This document shows positions 1 to 9,130 of a stretch of DNA of 64,000 nt, piece by piece. Source of the stretch: Erysipelotrichaceae bacterium (GTDB taxonomy: Bacteria; Bacillota_I; Bacilli_A; RFN20; CAG-826); contig SVBF01000011.1 of assembly GCA_015058945.1 (NCBI GenBank), positions 12,527 through 76,526 of the forward strand, written 5' to 3'. Below the pieces are notes generated by a model. That model saw only the letters and a program-made list of their open reading frames with translations, had not been told where the DNA came from and ran no database searches. How positions within the stretch are numbered: the stretch's first letter is position 1; every line of letters starts with the position of its first letter. A program made the translations under genes and the position numbers.

Positions 1-1223
1 TGTACGAGATCCAAATCCGCACCGAGGAGATGGATTCCATCGCCGAGACCGGCGTCGCCGCCCACTGGAAATACAAAGAGGGCAACAACTATAACGCCAA
101 GGCGGAGCAGAAGGAGATCGAACAGAAACTCCATTGGTTCCGCGACTTCATCTCGCTCTCGGGCGAGCATAAGGGCGGCAGCGCCTCCGAATACATGGCC
201 GCGCTGAGCAATGACATCTTCGGCGCGAACGTCTATGTCTTCACCCCTCTAGGAAAAGTCATCGACTTGCCTCTAGGGGCGACAACCCTCGACTTCGCCT
301 ACAAGATCCATACCAAAGTCGGCGATTCGGCGGTGGGGGCCATCGTCAATGGCTCTCTCGTCCCGTTAAACACCGTCTTAAAGACCGGCGACGTCTGCGA
401 GATCCGCACCGCGAAAAACGCGCGCCCGAACGACTCCTGGCTCGAGATCGCCAAGACCACCTCCGCCAAGAACCATATCCGCCACGCCCTCCAACGCCGC
501 GACGCCGAACTCCTCAAAGAGGAGCGGGCCAAAAACGGCAAGCAGTCGCTCGTGGACGCCTTCAAGACGCAGGGCATCGACGAGGCGGAGATGGTCCACA
601 TCCTCGAATCGAGCAACGTCCTCAAGAACGAATACCATTACAACGACCTCGACGACCTCTACGTCATGGTCTATGGCAAGAACCCGGCCCCCGGCGCGAT
701 CCTCGACCTCCTGAAACTTCGTCGCAAACCCTCAGGCCCCGTCATCAAGAGCACGCGCGCGCCTAAAGTCGTCGAGGACAAGAGCCCCGTCGAGGTCGAA
801 GGCGGCATCACCGGACTCGCCATCTCGTTGTCCCAATGCTGCTCGCCGATCCCCGGCGACGACATCGTCGGCTACATCACCCGCGGCAAGGGCATCACCG
901 TCCACCGCAAGGATTGCCCTAACGTCTCTAGCGGCAAGCGCCTCATCGACGTGCACTGGAAGGAGGGGCTCGGCCTCTCGGTCTATCCGGTCGACATCGA
1001 GGTGTTCGCCAACGACCGCGGCAACCTGGTCTCCGACATCCTGCAGACCTTCGCCGCCAAAAACGTGGCCGTGCGCGACCTCCACGCCAAAATCATCCCC
1101 GAAAATGGCAGCGTCATCGTCGAGATGACCGTCGCCGTCAATAGCGCAAAGACCCTCTACGATTGCTTCGCCGACCTCCTCGGCGTCAAAGGCATCTACG
1201 AAGTCACGCGCATCACCCATTAG
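1..1223 (+). CDS. relA: RelA/SpoT-family (p)ppGpp synthetase/hydrolase, C-terminal ~400 aa (5' end outside window)
   Basis: The frame is open from base 3. YEIQIRTEEMDSIAETGVAAHWKYKEG is the conserved synthetase-domain motif, followed by TGS-like and ACT-like C-terminal segments. The gene lies directly upstream of hisS-aspS, as in Bacillus. Confidence 0.9.
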   Translation, partial: YEIQIRTEEMDSIAETGVAAHWKYKEGNNYNAKAEQKEIEQKLHWFRDFISLSGEHKGGSASEYMAALSNDIFGANVYVFTPLGKVIDLPLGATTLDFAYKIHTKVGDSAVGAIVNGSLVPLNTVLKTGDVCEIRTAKNARPNDSWLEIAKTTSAKNHIRHALQRRDAELLKEERAKNGKQSLVDAFKTQGIDEAEMVHILESSNVLKNEYHYNDLDDLYVMVYGKNPAPGAILDLLKLRRKPSGPVIKSTRAPKVVEDKSPVEVEGGITGLAISLSQCCSPIPGDDIVGYITRGKGITVHRKDCPNVSSGKRLIDVHWKEGLGLSVYPVDIEVFANDRGNLVSDILQTFAAKNVAVRDLHAKIIPENGSVIVEMTVAVNSAKTLYDCFADLLGVKGIYEVTRITH

Positions 1224-1246
1224 CAACCATCCCACGGAGAAAACAT

Positions 1247-2536
1247 ATGCCTACCATCAATCCCGTCAAAGGAACCCACGACGTCATCGCCGACGAGGCG
1301 GACGCCTATGCGTTCATCGAAAGCCTCTTCTTTAGCATCGCCGAGAGCTATGGCTACCGCCATATCGTCACCCCGGTCATCGAACACACCGAGGTTTTCG
1401 ACCGCGCCGCCGGCGAAGGAAGCGACGTTGTCCGCAAGGAGATGTACACCTTCCTCGATAAGGGCGACCGCTCCATCACCTTGCGCCCCGAAGGCACCGC
1501 CGGCGTCATGCGCAGCATCGTCACCAACAAGCTCTACGCCACCCCAGACCTGCCACTAAAGTACTATTACTGCGGCACCGCCTACCGTTATGAGCGTCCC
1601 CAGCTTGGCAGGTATCGCGAATTCCGCCAGCTCGGCGTGGAATGCGTCGGGGAGAACAGCGTTTACCTCGACGCCGAGACGATCGCCTTCGCCTACCATT
1701 TCCTCGAAGCCCTCGGCTTTGAATCCATCAAGCTCAAGATCAACACCCTCGGCGACAAAGCCTCCCGCGAAGCGTATAAGACCGCCTTGCGCGCCTATTT
1801 CGCCGACAAGATCGACGGCATGTGCGCCGATTGCCATGAGCGCCTCCGCCTCAATCCGCTGCGCATCCTCGATTGCAAGGTGCCGGAGGACCATGAGCTC
1901 GCCAAAATGGCCCCGAAGATCCAAGATTACCTTAGTCCCGAGTCCAAAGCCCGTTATGAGAAGACGGTCGAATTGCTTCGCCGCTTGGACATCGCTTTCG
2001 AGGAAGATCCCTCGCTCGTGCGCGGACTCGACTATTATGGCGAAGTCGTCTTCGAGGTCCATTGCATTTCCCCCGAAGGCAAAGACTACGGCGCGATTTG
2101 CGGCGGCGGCCATTACGAAGGGATTCTCTCTTCCTTTGGCGGACCGAGCGAAATCGACGTCGGGGTCGGCTTTGGCATGGGCGTGGAGCGCATCTATTCC
2201 CTCATGAAGGAATTTGGCCTCACCGAGCGCCTCGTTTCCCAAACCGACGTCATCTTGATGCCGTTAGGGGATGGCGCGGTGGATACCGCCTATTTCCTCG
2301 CCGACGCGATCCGCGGGCTCGGCTATTCGGTCGAAGCCACCTATCGCAGCGGCAAACTCGGTTCCTTCTTCAAGAGGGCCGAGCGCAAGAAAGCCAAACT
2401 CGCGTTGATCTTCGGCGAGGACGAAATCGCCAAGAACACCGTCCAGGTCAAAGACCTGCAAGCGCAGCAACAGGAAGAGGTCGCTTTAGCGGCCCTAACC
2501 GAATACCTCCGCACCAAACTCGGCGCGGCGGAATGA
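1247..2536 (+). CDS. hisS: Histidine--tRNA ligase
   Basis: ATG at 1247 is preceded by GGAGA. The N-terminus MPTINPVKGTHDV and the motifs RPEGTAGVMR and YRYERPQLGRYREFRQLGVE are class IIa HisRS hallmarks. The longer tracked ORF start (1163) overlaps the relA end. Confidence 0.95.
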   Translation: MPTINPVKGTHDVIADEADAYAFIESLFFSIAESYGYRHIVTPVIEHTEVFDRAAGEGSDVVRKEMYTFLDKGDRSITLRPEGTAGVMRSIVTNKLYATPDLPLKYYYCGTAYRYERPQLGRYREFRQLGVECVGENSVYLDAETIAFAYHFLEALGFESIKLKINTLGDKASREAYKTALRAYFADKIDGMCADCHERLRLNPLRILDCKVPEDHELAKMAPKIQDYLSPESKARYEKTVELLRRLDIAFEEDPSLVRGLDYYGEVVFEVHCISPEGKDYGAICGGGHYEGILSSFGGPSEIDVGVGFGMGVERIYSLMKEFGLTERLVSQTDVILMPLGDGAVDTAYFLADAIRGLGYSVEATYRSGKLGSFFKRAERKKAKLALIFGEDEIAKNTVQVKDLQAQQQEEVALAALTEYLRTKLGAAE

Positions 2537-2562
2537 ATTAGATTATTTAGGAGCGTCGAAAT

Positions 2563-4293
2563 ATGTATCGCAACCACGTTAACGGAACCCTTCGCTTAAG
2601 CGATGTCGGATCCGAAGTCACCCTCGTCGGATGGGTGGCGACCCGCAGGAACCTCGGTTCTTTGCTTTTCATCGATTTAAGGGACACCACCGGCATCGTC
2701 CAGTGCGTCTCCGACCATCCCGACGATTTCCCCGACGTCCGCAACGAATACGTCGTCCAGATCAAGGGCCGCGTCCAAGCCAAGGACGTCCCGAACAAGA
2801 ATCTCCCCACCGGCGAGATCGAAGTCGCCATCGAGGAACTCAACGTGATCAACAAGGCCCAGACGACCCCGTTCATCATCGCCGACAAGACCGACGCCCT
2901 CGAAGACACCCGTCTGCAATACCGTTACCTCGACCTCCGTCGCCCCGTCTTGCAGAACAATTTGCGCATCCGCGCGAAAATCGTCCGCGCCGCCCACGAA
3001 TACTTCGATTCCCATGGCTTCCTCGAGGTCGAGACCCCGATGTTGAACCTCTCTTCCCCCGAAGGCGCGAAGGAATACCTCGTGCCTAGCCGCATCCACC
3101 ATGGCAGCTTCTACGCGCTTCCGCAAAGCCCGCAGCTATGGAAACAGCTTTTGATGATCGGCGGGGTGGAGCGTTATTACCAGATCGCCAAATGCTTCCG
3201 CGACGAAGACCTCCGCGCGGACCGTCAACCCGAATTCACCCAGATCGACTTAGAGACCTCCTTCCTCTCCATGGACGAAGTCCTCGCCCTCAACGAAGGC
3301 TTCCTCCAAAAGGCGTTCAAAGAGGCCGCCGGCATCGACATAGAGTTGCCGCTTCGCCGCATCGCCTATTGGGACGCGATGGACACCTATGGTTCCGATA
3401 AGCCTGATACGCGCTTTGGCTTGCTTTTGCGTGACCTCTCCTTGCTCAAAAAGAGTTCCTTCGAAGGATTCGGCGAAGCCGATTACGTCAAGGGCATCGT
3501 CGTCCCCGGCGTTGCCTCGACCACCAGCCGCAAGAACCTCGACGAATTGAACCTCGAGGCGCGTAAGTTCTCCCTTAAAGGCGTCATCGCGCTCAAGTAC
3601 CTTAACGGCACTCTCGAAGGCTCCTTCGCCAAATTCCTTAGCGAGGAACTTAAGGCCGAGCTCGTCAAATACCTCGACCTCAAGGAAAACGACCTCGTCC
3701 TCTTCGCCTCCAGCGCCTCGCGCCGCCAGATCGATAACGGCCTAGGCGCGTTGCGTCTGCTCTTCGCGAAGAAGCTCGAGCTCATCAAACCCAATACCTA
3801 CGACTTGCTTTGGGTCGTCGACTTCCCGATGTTCACCCCGGTGGAAGGGGAGAACCGCTACGTCGCCGAGCATCATCCCTTCACGCGTCCGCGTGATGAG
3901 GATTTGCCCTTGCTCGACACGCACCCGGAAGAAGTCCTCGCCTATGCCTACGACATCGTCATCAACGGCTACGAGGCCGGCGGTGGCACGTTGCGTATCT
4001 ATGACCACGACACCCAGTGGAAGATCTTCAAGCTCCTCGGTCTAAGCGACGAGGACGTGGCGAAGAAGTTCGGCTGGTTCATCGACGCCTTCAATTACGG
4101 CGCGCCCCCGCATGGCGGACTCGCCTATGGCCTTGACCGTCTCACCATGATCATGGCCGGTACCGAGAACATCCGCGACGTCATCGCCTTCCCGAAGAAT
4201 TTGCAGGCCGTCGACCCGACCTCCAAGGCTCCGCGTGAGGTCACGCCGGACCAACTCGAAATCCTTGGTCTTGAACTCAAAAACGAGAAGTAG
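2563..4293 (+). CDS. aspS: Aspartate--tRNA ligase
   Basis: OB-fold N-terminus (VTLVGWVATRRNLGSLLFIDLRDTTGIVQ) plus class IIb motifs FRDEDLRADRQPEFTQIDLE and GGGTLRI. AGGAG lies upstream. Confidence 0.95.
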   Translation: MYRNHVNGTLRLSDVGSEVTLVGWVATRRNLGSLLFIDLRDTTGIVQCVSDHPDDFPDVRNEYVVQIKGRVQAKDVPNKNLPTGEIEVAIEELNVINKAQTTPFIIADKTDALEDTRLQYRYLDLRRPVLQNNLRIRAKIVRAAHEYFDSHGFLEVETPMLNLSSPEGAKEYLVPSRIHHGSFYALPQSPQLWKQLLMIGGVERYYQIAKCFRDEDLRADRQPEFTQIDLETSFLSMDEVLALNEGFLQKAFKEAAGIDIELPLRRIAYWDAMDTYGSDKPDTRFGLLLRDLSLLKKSSFEGFGEADYVKGIVVPGVASTTSRKNLDELNLEARKFSLKGVIALKYLNGTLEGSFAKFLSEELKAELVKYLDLKENDLVLFASSASRRQIDNGLGALRLLFAKKLELIKPNTYDLLWVVDFPMFTPVEGENRYVAEHHPFTRPRDEDLPLLDTHPEEVLAYAYDIVINGYEAGGGTLRIYDHDTQWKIFKLLGLSDEDVAKKFGWFIDAFNYGAPPHGGLAYGLDRLTMIMAGTENIRDVIAFPKNLQAVDPTSKAPREVTPDQLEILGLELKNEK

Positions 4294-4300
4294 TGTTCAA

Positions 4301-4319
4301 CTATATGCTTTGCATATAG
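4301..4319 (+). terminator. Possible weak terminator hairpin after aspS
   Basis: CTATATGC-TTT-GCATATAG forms a perfect 8-bp inverted repeat 8 nt after the aspS stop. The downstream tract is AT-rich but has no clean T-run. Confidence 0.3.
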
Positions 4320-4372
4320 ATAAAACTTTATATCTACCAAAAAACTACTAAATAATTCAGGAGGAAAAACAC

Positions 4373-6349
4373 ATGGCGAAGAAGGAAAAACTCCAAGAAA
4401 AGTGCATCGGCGCGCTGCGTTCGCTCGTCATCGACATGACCAACACGGCCAATTCCGGCCATCCTGGCATGGCCCTCGACGTCGCCCCGTCGGTCTACGC
4501 CTTGTTCCATGACCACCTCGTCGCTTCGCCTAGCGACCCCGCCTGGATCAACCGCGACCGTTTTGTGCTTTCGAGCGGTCACGTCTCTTCTTTGCTTTAT
4601 GCAAACCTGCACCTATGCGGCTATGACCTCTCGATGGAGGACCTCAAGCAGTTCCGCAAACTCGGTTCCCGCACCCCCGGACACCCCGAATACGGTTGGA
4701 CGGTGGGGGTGGACGCCACCAGCGGCCCTTTGGGCCAAGGCATCGCCCAAGCCGTCGGCATGGCCATCGCCGAGGAATCCATCCGCGCCAGATACCCGCA
4801 TAGCGGAGGTGTCTTCGGTCACTATACGTATTGCCTCTGCGGCGACGGTTGCCTTCAAGAAGGCATTGCCCAGGAAGCGATCTCCCTCGCCGGCCATCAT
4901 CACCTCGGGAAGCTGATCCTCATCTATGACGCCAACGGCGCCACCCTCGACGGTCCGACCGACGACTCGCTCAGCGAAAACATCGAGCATCGTTTCCTCG
5001 CCTGCGAATGGAACGTCCTCCGCGTGGAAGATGGCAATGATTACGCCGCCGTGAGCCGCGCCTTAGCCAAAGCCAAGAAGTCCAAGGACCCGACGCTCAT
5101 CATCGTCAAATCCATCATCGGCTTCGGCTCGAAGAATCAGGGCTCCCATAAGACCCATGGTTCGCCGTTAGGAGCGGAAGACGGGGCCTTCGCTAAAGCG
5201 AATTACGGCTACGACTACCCCGAATTCACCGTTCCCTCGGAAGTCTATGAATCCTATAAACAGAGCTTCGTCGCCCGTGGCGAACAGGCCCACCGCCGGT
5301 TCCTTGAAGCGAAAGATGCCTATCTCCAGAATTATCCTGAGGAGGCCAACGCCTTCTTTGAATGCTTCCGCCGCGACGTCGAATATGGCCGCCCGGCTTA
5401 TCCCGAATTCGAGATCGGCAAAGTGGTGGCGACCCGCGCGAGCTCTGGCAAATGCCTCAAAGCGCTCCATGACGCGTTGCCGTTCACCTTTGGCGGTTCG
5501 GCCGATGTCGCCGGATCGACCGGCACCAACATCGAAGGCGAACCGATGTTTAGCTTTGCTAATCGTGCCGGGCGTGACATGCATTGGGGCATCCGCGAGT
5601 TCGCGATGGCCTCTTGCTGCAACGGCATCGCCCTCCACGGCGGTTTATTGCCTTATGGCGCCTGCTTCCTCGTCTTCGCCGATTACCTTAAGCCGGCCTT
5701 GCGTCTTAGCGCGCTACAAGAATTGCCCGTCTTCTTCCTTTTCACCCACGATTCGATCGCGGTGGGGGAAGACGGCCCGACCCATCAGCCGATCGAGCAA
5801 CTCGCGATGCTCCGTTCCATCCCCGGACTCGAAGTCATCCGCCCCGCCGACGCCCACGAAGTGATCGCCGCCTACGAGACCATCCGCCTCAAAAAGAAAG
5901 GCCCGACGGCGCTCATCTTGACCCGTCAGGGCGTCCCGACCTTGGAAGAGACTTCCGCCGAGGAAGCCCAAAAGGGTGGCTATCTGATCTTCAACCCCAA
6001 GGGAGCCAAATGGCTCTTGCTCGCGACCGGTTCGGAAGTCGCGCCGGCGCTAAGCATCGCTAGGGCGCTCACCGAAGAAGGAAAGCCCGTCGCCGTGGCT
6101 TCTTTGCCGTCCATCTCCCGTTTCCTCGGGCAGGATGAGAAATACATCAAAGATGTACTCTTCTTGCCGCGCGAGAAGCGCATCTCCATCGAAATGGCCT
6201 CGACCTTCGGTTGGGGTGGCCTCGCCGAACATAACATCGGCATCGACCGCTTCGGCGCTTCGGGCAAAGACAAGGCCGTCATCGAAAGCTTTGGGTTCGA
6301 CGAAGCTTCGCTACGCGCTAAAATAGAGGCGATCCTCGGGAGGAAATAA
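4373..6349 (+). CDS. tkt: Transketolase
   Basis: NSGHPGMALD and RDRFVLSSGHVSSLLY are ThDP-binding motifs; length is 658 aa. AGGAGG lies upstream. Confidence 0.95.
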   Translation: MAKKEKLQEKCIGALRSLVIDMTNTANSGHPGMALDVAPSVYALFHDHLVASPSDPAWINRDRFVLSSGHVSSLLYANLHLCGYDLSMEDLKQFRKLGSRTPGHPEYGWTVGVDATSGPLGQGIAQAVGMAIAEESIRARYPHSGGVFGHYTYCLCGDGCLQEGIAQEAISLAGHHHLGKLILIYDANGATLDGPTDDSLSENIEHRFLACEWNVLRVEDGNDYAAVSRALAKAKKSKDPTLIIVKSIIGFGSKNQGSHKTHGSPLGAEDGAFAKANYGYDYPEFTVPSEVYESYKQSFVARGEQAHRRFLEAKDAYLQNYPEEANAFFECFRRDVEYGRPAYPEFEIGKVVATRASSGKCLKALHDALPFTFGGSADVAGSTGTNIEGEPMFSFANRAGRDMHWGIREFAMASCCNGIALHGGLLPYGACFLVFADYLKPALRLSALQELPVFFLFTHDSIAVGEDGPTHQPIEQLAMLRSIPGLEVIRPADAHEVIAAYETIRLKKKGPTALILTRQGVPTLEETSAEEAQKGGYLIFNPKGAKWLLLATGSEVAPALSIARALTEEGKPVAVASLPSISRFLGQDEKYIKDVLFLPREKRISIEMASTFGWGGLAEHNIGIDRFGASGKDKAVIESFGFDEASLRAKIEAILGRK

Positions 6350-6351
6350 CC

Positions 6352-6720
6352 ATGGCCATGAGAGATTACATCGCCATCAACAACCATGCTGGCTTAGGCC
6401 GCATCGGCATTTCCCGTCACGCCATCGCCTCGATCGCCGCGACTTCCTTACGCGAAATCGGCGGCGTCTCCATCTACCATCATGGAAAGAGGAGGGGACG
6501 CGAAGGCACTTTGGGTTCGCTTTTCTCCCTCGCTTCCGGCGTCCGCGTCGTCTTCACCAAAGACGGCAAGGCCTCCATCAAGATGGACGTCTCCTTGGCC
6601 AAAGGCGCCAACGTCCCATCCGTCTGCGAGAAAATCCAGGAGACCGTCGCCACCGCGATCACGCTGATGTGCGACATGGTTCCCTTCGATGTGCAAGTGA
6701 AGGTGATGCGCCTTGGCTGA
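6352..6720 (+). CDS. Asp23/Gls24-family stress protein (YqhY-like)
   Basis: The 122-aa product has the Asp23-like pattern (GRIGISRHAIASIAATSLREIGGV ... VSLAKGANVPSVCEKIQETV). Its position upstream of nusB matches B. subtilis yqhY. Confidence 0.65.
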   Translation: MAMRDYIAINNHAGLGRIGISRHAIASIAATSLREIGGVSIYHHGKRRGREGTLGSLFSLASGVRVVFTKDGKASIKMDVSLAKGANVPSVCEKIQETVATAITLMCDMVPFDVQVKVMRLG

Positions 6721-7192
6721 TAAAGCCACCTTACGTCAACGGTTCGACCGGCTATTATCATCCTACCAACGCGTGGCGCTATTTTTGCTGCTCCCGCCGC
6801 TGATCTCGGCGTTTTCGAGCGTCGTGGCCATGTTCAACACGAACTACAGCTATAACCTCTGCATGAACGTTGTAGTGGGGATCCGTCCGCTTTTGGCGGA
6901 TAACGCCGCGCTGATTCTGCTCTTTGTTTCTCTTGCCGCTCTGATCGCCTTCATCCCGCTTTCACTCTTCGCCGCCAAAGGCAAACTTTGGTGCTTCCTC
7001 GTCGGCGCGGGGCTTTACGCCGCCGACATGGTCTATGGTTTCTTCCTTTATGACCCGAATGAGGCGACCCGCTTCTGGATGTCCATCGCCTTGCACGCCG
7101 TGTTTCTCATCGCCTATGCCATCGGAGTCGTTTTCTATGTCAATGCGGATAAGTTGCTCAAGGCCAATCCCAAGGAGATCATGGGCAAGTAA
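6713..7192 (+). CDS. Hypothetical integral membrane protein
   Basis: Four hydrophobic helices by eye. The tracked start is TTG at 6713, preceded by GAAGGTGA and overlapping the Asp23 stop. The first ATG (6833) would give 119 aa. Confidence 0.5.
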   Translation: MADKATLRQRFDRLLSSYQRVALFLLLPPLISAFSSVVAMFNTNYSYNLCMNVVVGIRPLLADNAALILLFVSLAALIAFIPLSLFAAKGKLWCFLVGAGLYAADMVYGFFLYDPNEATRFWMSIALHAVFLIAYAIGVVFYVNADKLLKANPKEIMGK

Positions 7193-7252
7193 ACCTTGTG
7201 CGCACGCTGGAAGACATGCTAACATTTGCCCGCTTTTAAGGAGCATTGTTCT

Positions 7253-7693
7253 ATGGATGACGAAGAGTTTCAGTTTAACGAAAGCCGCAACGGCATGCAG
7301 AAAGTCGCCTTCGTCGCCATTTACGATGCGTTGACCTATCGCGACATGGGCATGGACATCGACGTCCAGGACATTGTCTCTTCCCTTTTGGATCGCCCCT
7401 ATGAAGAATGCGATTACTTCGTAAAGGCGTCGCTCGTCATGGCGATCAAACACCTCGACGAGGCCATCGCCGCCTTTAACGCGAAGATGCGGGGCTGGAC
7501 CTTCGATCGCCGCAACCGCGTCGAACAGGCGATCCTCTTGCTCGCCTATGTCCATTTCTTTTACGTCGAGCCGGAGGTGGACAAGGCCGTCGTCATCAAT
7601 ATCGCGTTGACCCGTGCCCATGAGTACCTCGCCGACAAGGAATACCGCTTCGTCAACGCCGTATTGGACAACGTGTTGGTCCATGCAGCCTGA
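7253..7693 (+). CDS. nusB: Transcription antitermination factor NusB
   Basis: ATG at 7253 lies 9 nt after AAGGAG. The C-terminal motif YRFVNAVLDNVL is NusB-like. The gene sits between the asp23-like gene and xseA, as in Bacillus. Confidence 0.8.
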   Translation: MDDEEFQFNESRNGMQKVAFVAIYDALTYRDMGMDIDVQDIVSSLLDRPYEECDYFVKASLVMAIKHLDEAIAAFNAKMRGWTFDRRNRVEQAILLLAYVHFFYVEPEVDKAVVINIALTRAHEYLADKEYRFVNAVLDNVLVHAA

Positions 7694-8909
7694 TTCCCAT
7701 CAAGAAACCTTGACCGTCTCGCAACTCAACGCTTACGTCAAGTCGAAGCTTGAGGGGGATTTTTCTTTATCCTCGATCTACCTTCGCGGCGAAGTCTCCA
7801 ACTTTAAGATCTACCCCAGCGGCCATTGCTATTTCACCCTCAAGGACAAGGATTCGATGATCTCCGCCGTCATGTGGGCGAATAGCGCCATGCGATTAAG
7901 CTTCCGCCCCCAAGACGGCGACGAAGTCCTCGTCCACGGCCGCATCGCGGTCTACCCACCCCGGGGAACCTATCAGATTTCCGTCGACCAAATGGACCTT
8001 TTCGGCCAAGGAGCCGAGCTCTTACGCTTAGAGAAGCTCAAAGCAAAGCTTGCCGCCGAAGGCCTCTTTGACCCCGCGAGGAAAAGGCCTTTGCCCCGTT
8101 TCCCGGAGCGCGTCGGCGTCATCGCCGGCAAAGATTCGGCGGGTCTACGCGACATCGTCGTCAACATCTCCAACCGTTGGCCTCTAGTGGAGCTCATCGT
8201 CTTCCCGTCCTTGGTCCAAGGAAAGGACGCGCCCAAGGCTTTGGTCGCCTCATTCCAAAAAGCCCAGGAATCGAATCTCGATACCTTGATCGTCGGCAGG
8301 GGCGGTGGTTCGAGCGAAGACCTCGCCGCCTTTAACGACGAGGAACTCGTCCGCGCCTTGGCGACCTCGCGTTGCCCCATCATCTCCGCCGTCGGCCATG
8401 AAGTGGATTTCAGCCTCACCGATTTGGTTGCGGACGTACGCGTTTCGACGCCCACCGCGGCGGCGATCGCGGCGGTGCCGGACAAAAACGAGGTGTATCA
8501 GACGCTGGACGATGACTTAGAACGGCTTCAGAACGCCATAAAAGGCACGCTAGGCGCCTTAGCGGCCAAAGTCGAATATCTTTCGGGCCGATCCTTCTTC
8601 TTGCGCCCAGAGAGCCTTTATGAGGAAAAACTGGAAAAGCTTGGCCTCATCGCCCGTCGCCTCGAACTCGGGATCGATAGCCAATTACGCGCGCGAAAGA
8701 ACGAGATCGCCGTGGCCAAGGAGAAACTCGAGGCCATGAACCCGGACAAAGTCCTCAATAGGGGCTATTCCATCGTGCTTGGGGAAAAAGGAGAACCGGT
8801 GACTTCTATTAACGCGGTTGCGCGTGGGCAGCGACTAATGACCCGCCTCAAAGATGGTATAATCGAGTCCGAAGTCATCCGGACCGGAAAGGAAACCGAC
8901 CATGAGTGA
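7683..8909 (+). CDS. xseA: Exodeoxyribonuclease VII large subunit
   Basis: TVSQLNAYVKSKLEGDF...GEVSNFKIYPSGHCYFTLKD is the OB-fold N-terminus. ATG at 7683 overlaps the nusB stop. xseB follows. Confidence 0.9.
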   Translation: MQPDSHQETLTVSQLNAYVKSKLEGDFSLSSIYLRGEVSNFKIYPSGHCYFTLKDKDSMISAVMWANSAMRLSFRPQDGDEVLVHGRIAVYPPRGTYQISVDQMDLFGQGAELLRLEKLKAKLAAEGLFDPARKRPLPRFPERVGVIAGKDSAGLRDIVVNISNRWPLVELIVFPSLVQGKDAPKALVASFQKAQESNLDTLIVGRGGGSSEDLAAFNDEELVRALATSRCPIISAVGHEVDFSLTDLVADVRVSTPTAAAIAAVPDKNEVYQTLDDDLERLQNAIKGTLGALAAKVEYLSGRSFFLRPESLYEEKLEKLGLIARRLELGIDSQLRARKNEIAVAKEKLEAMNPDKVLNRGYSIVLGEKGEPVTSINAVARGQRLMTRLKDGIIESEVIRTGKETDHE

Positions 8910-9099
8910 AGAAAAGCTTAGTTTCGAGCAGCGCCTAAAGGCCCTCAACGACATCGTCGCGAAAATCGAGTCCGAAACCCTCCCCTTAGAAGAGGCGATG
9001 AAGTGCTTTGAACAGGGGAAGAAACTCGTCGACTCCCTGCAGAAGGACTTAAAAGAAGCGGAAGAAAAAGTGAAAAAGTCCCTAAAAGGGGATGAGTAA
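8902..9099 (+). CDS. xseB: Exodeoxyribonuclease VII small subunit
   Basis: 65-aa helical protein (SFEQRLKALNDIVAKIESETLPLEEAMKCFEQGKKL) that overlaps the xseA stop. Confidence 0.9.
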   Translation: MSEEKLSFEQRLKALNDIVAKIESETLPLEEAMKCFEQGKKLVDSLQKDLKEAEEKVKKSLKGDE

Positions 9100-9130
9100 A
9101 TTTAGTAGAAACCTAGGATAAATCTAGTTA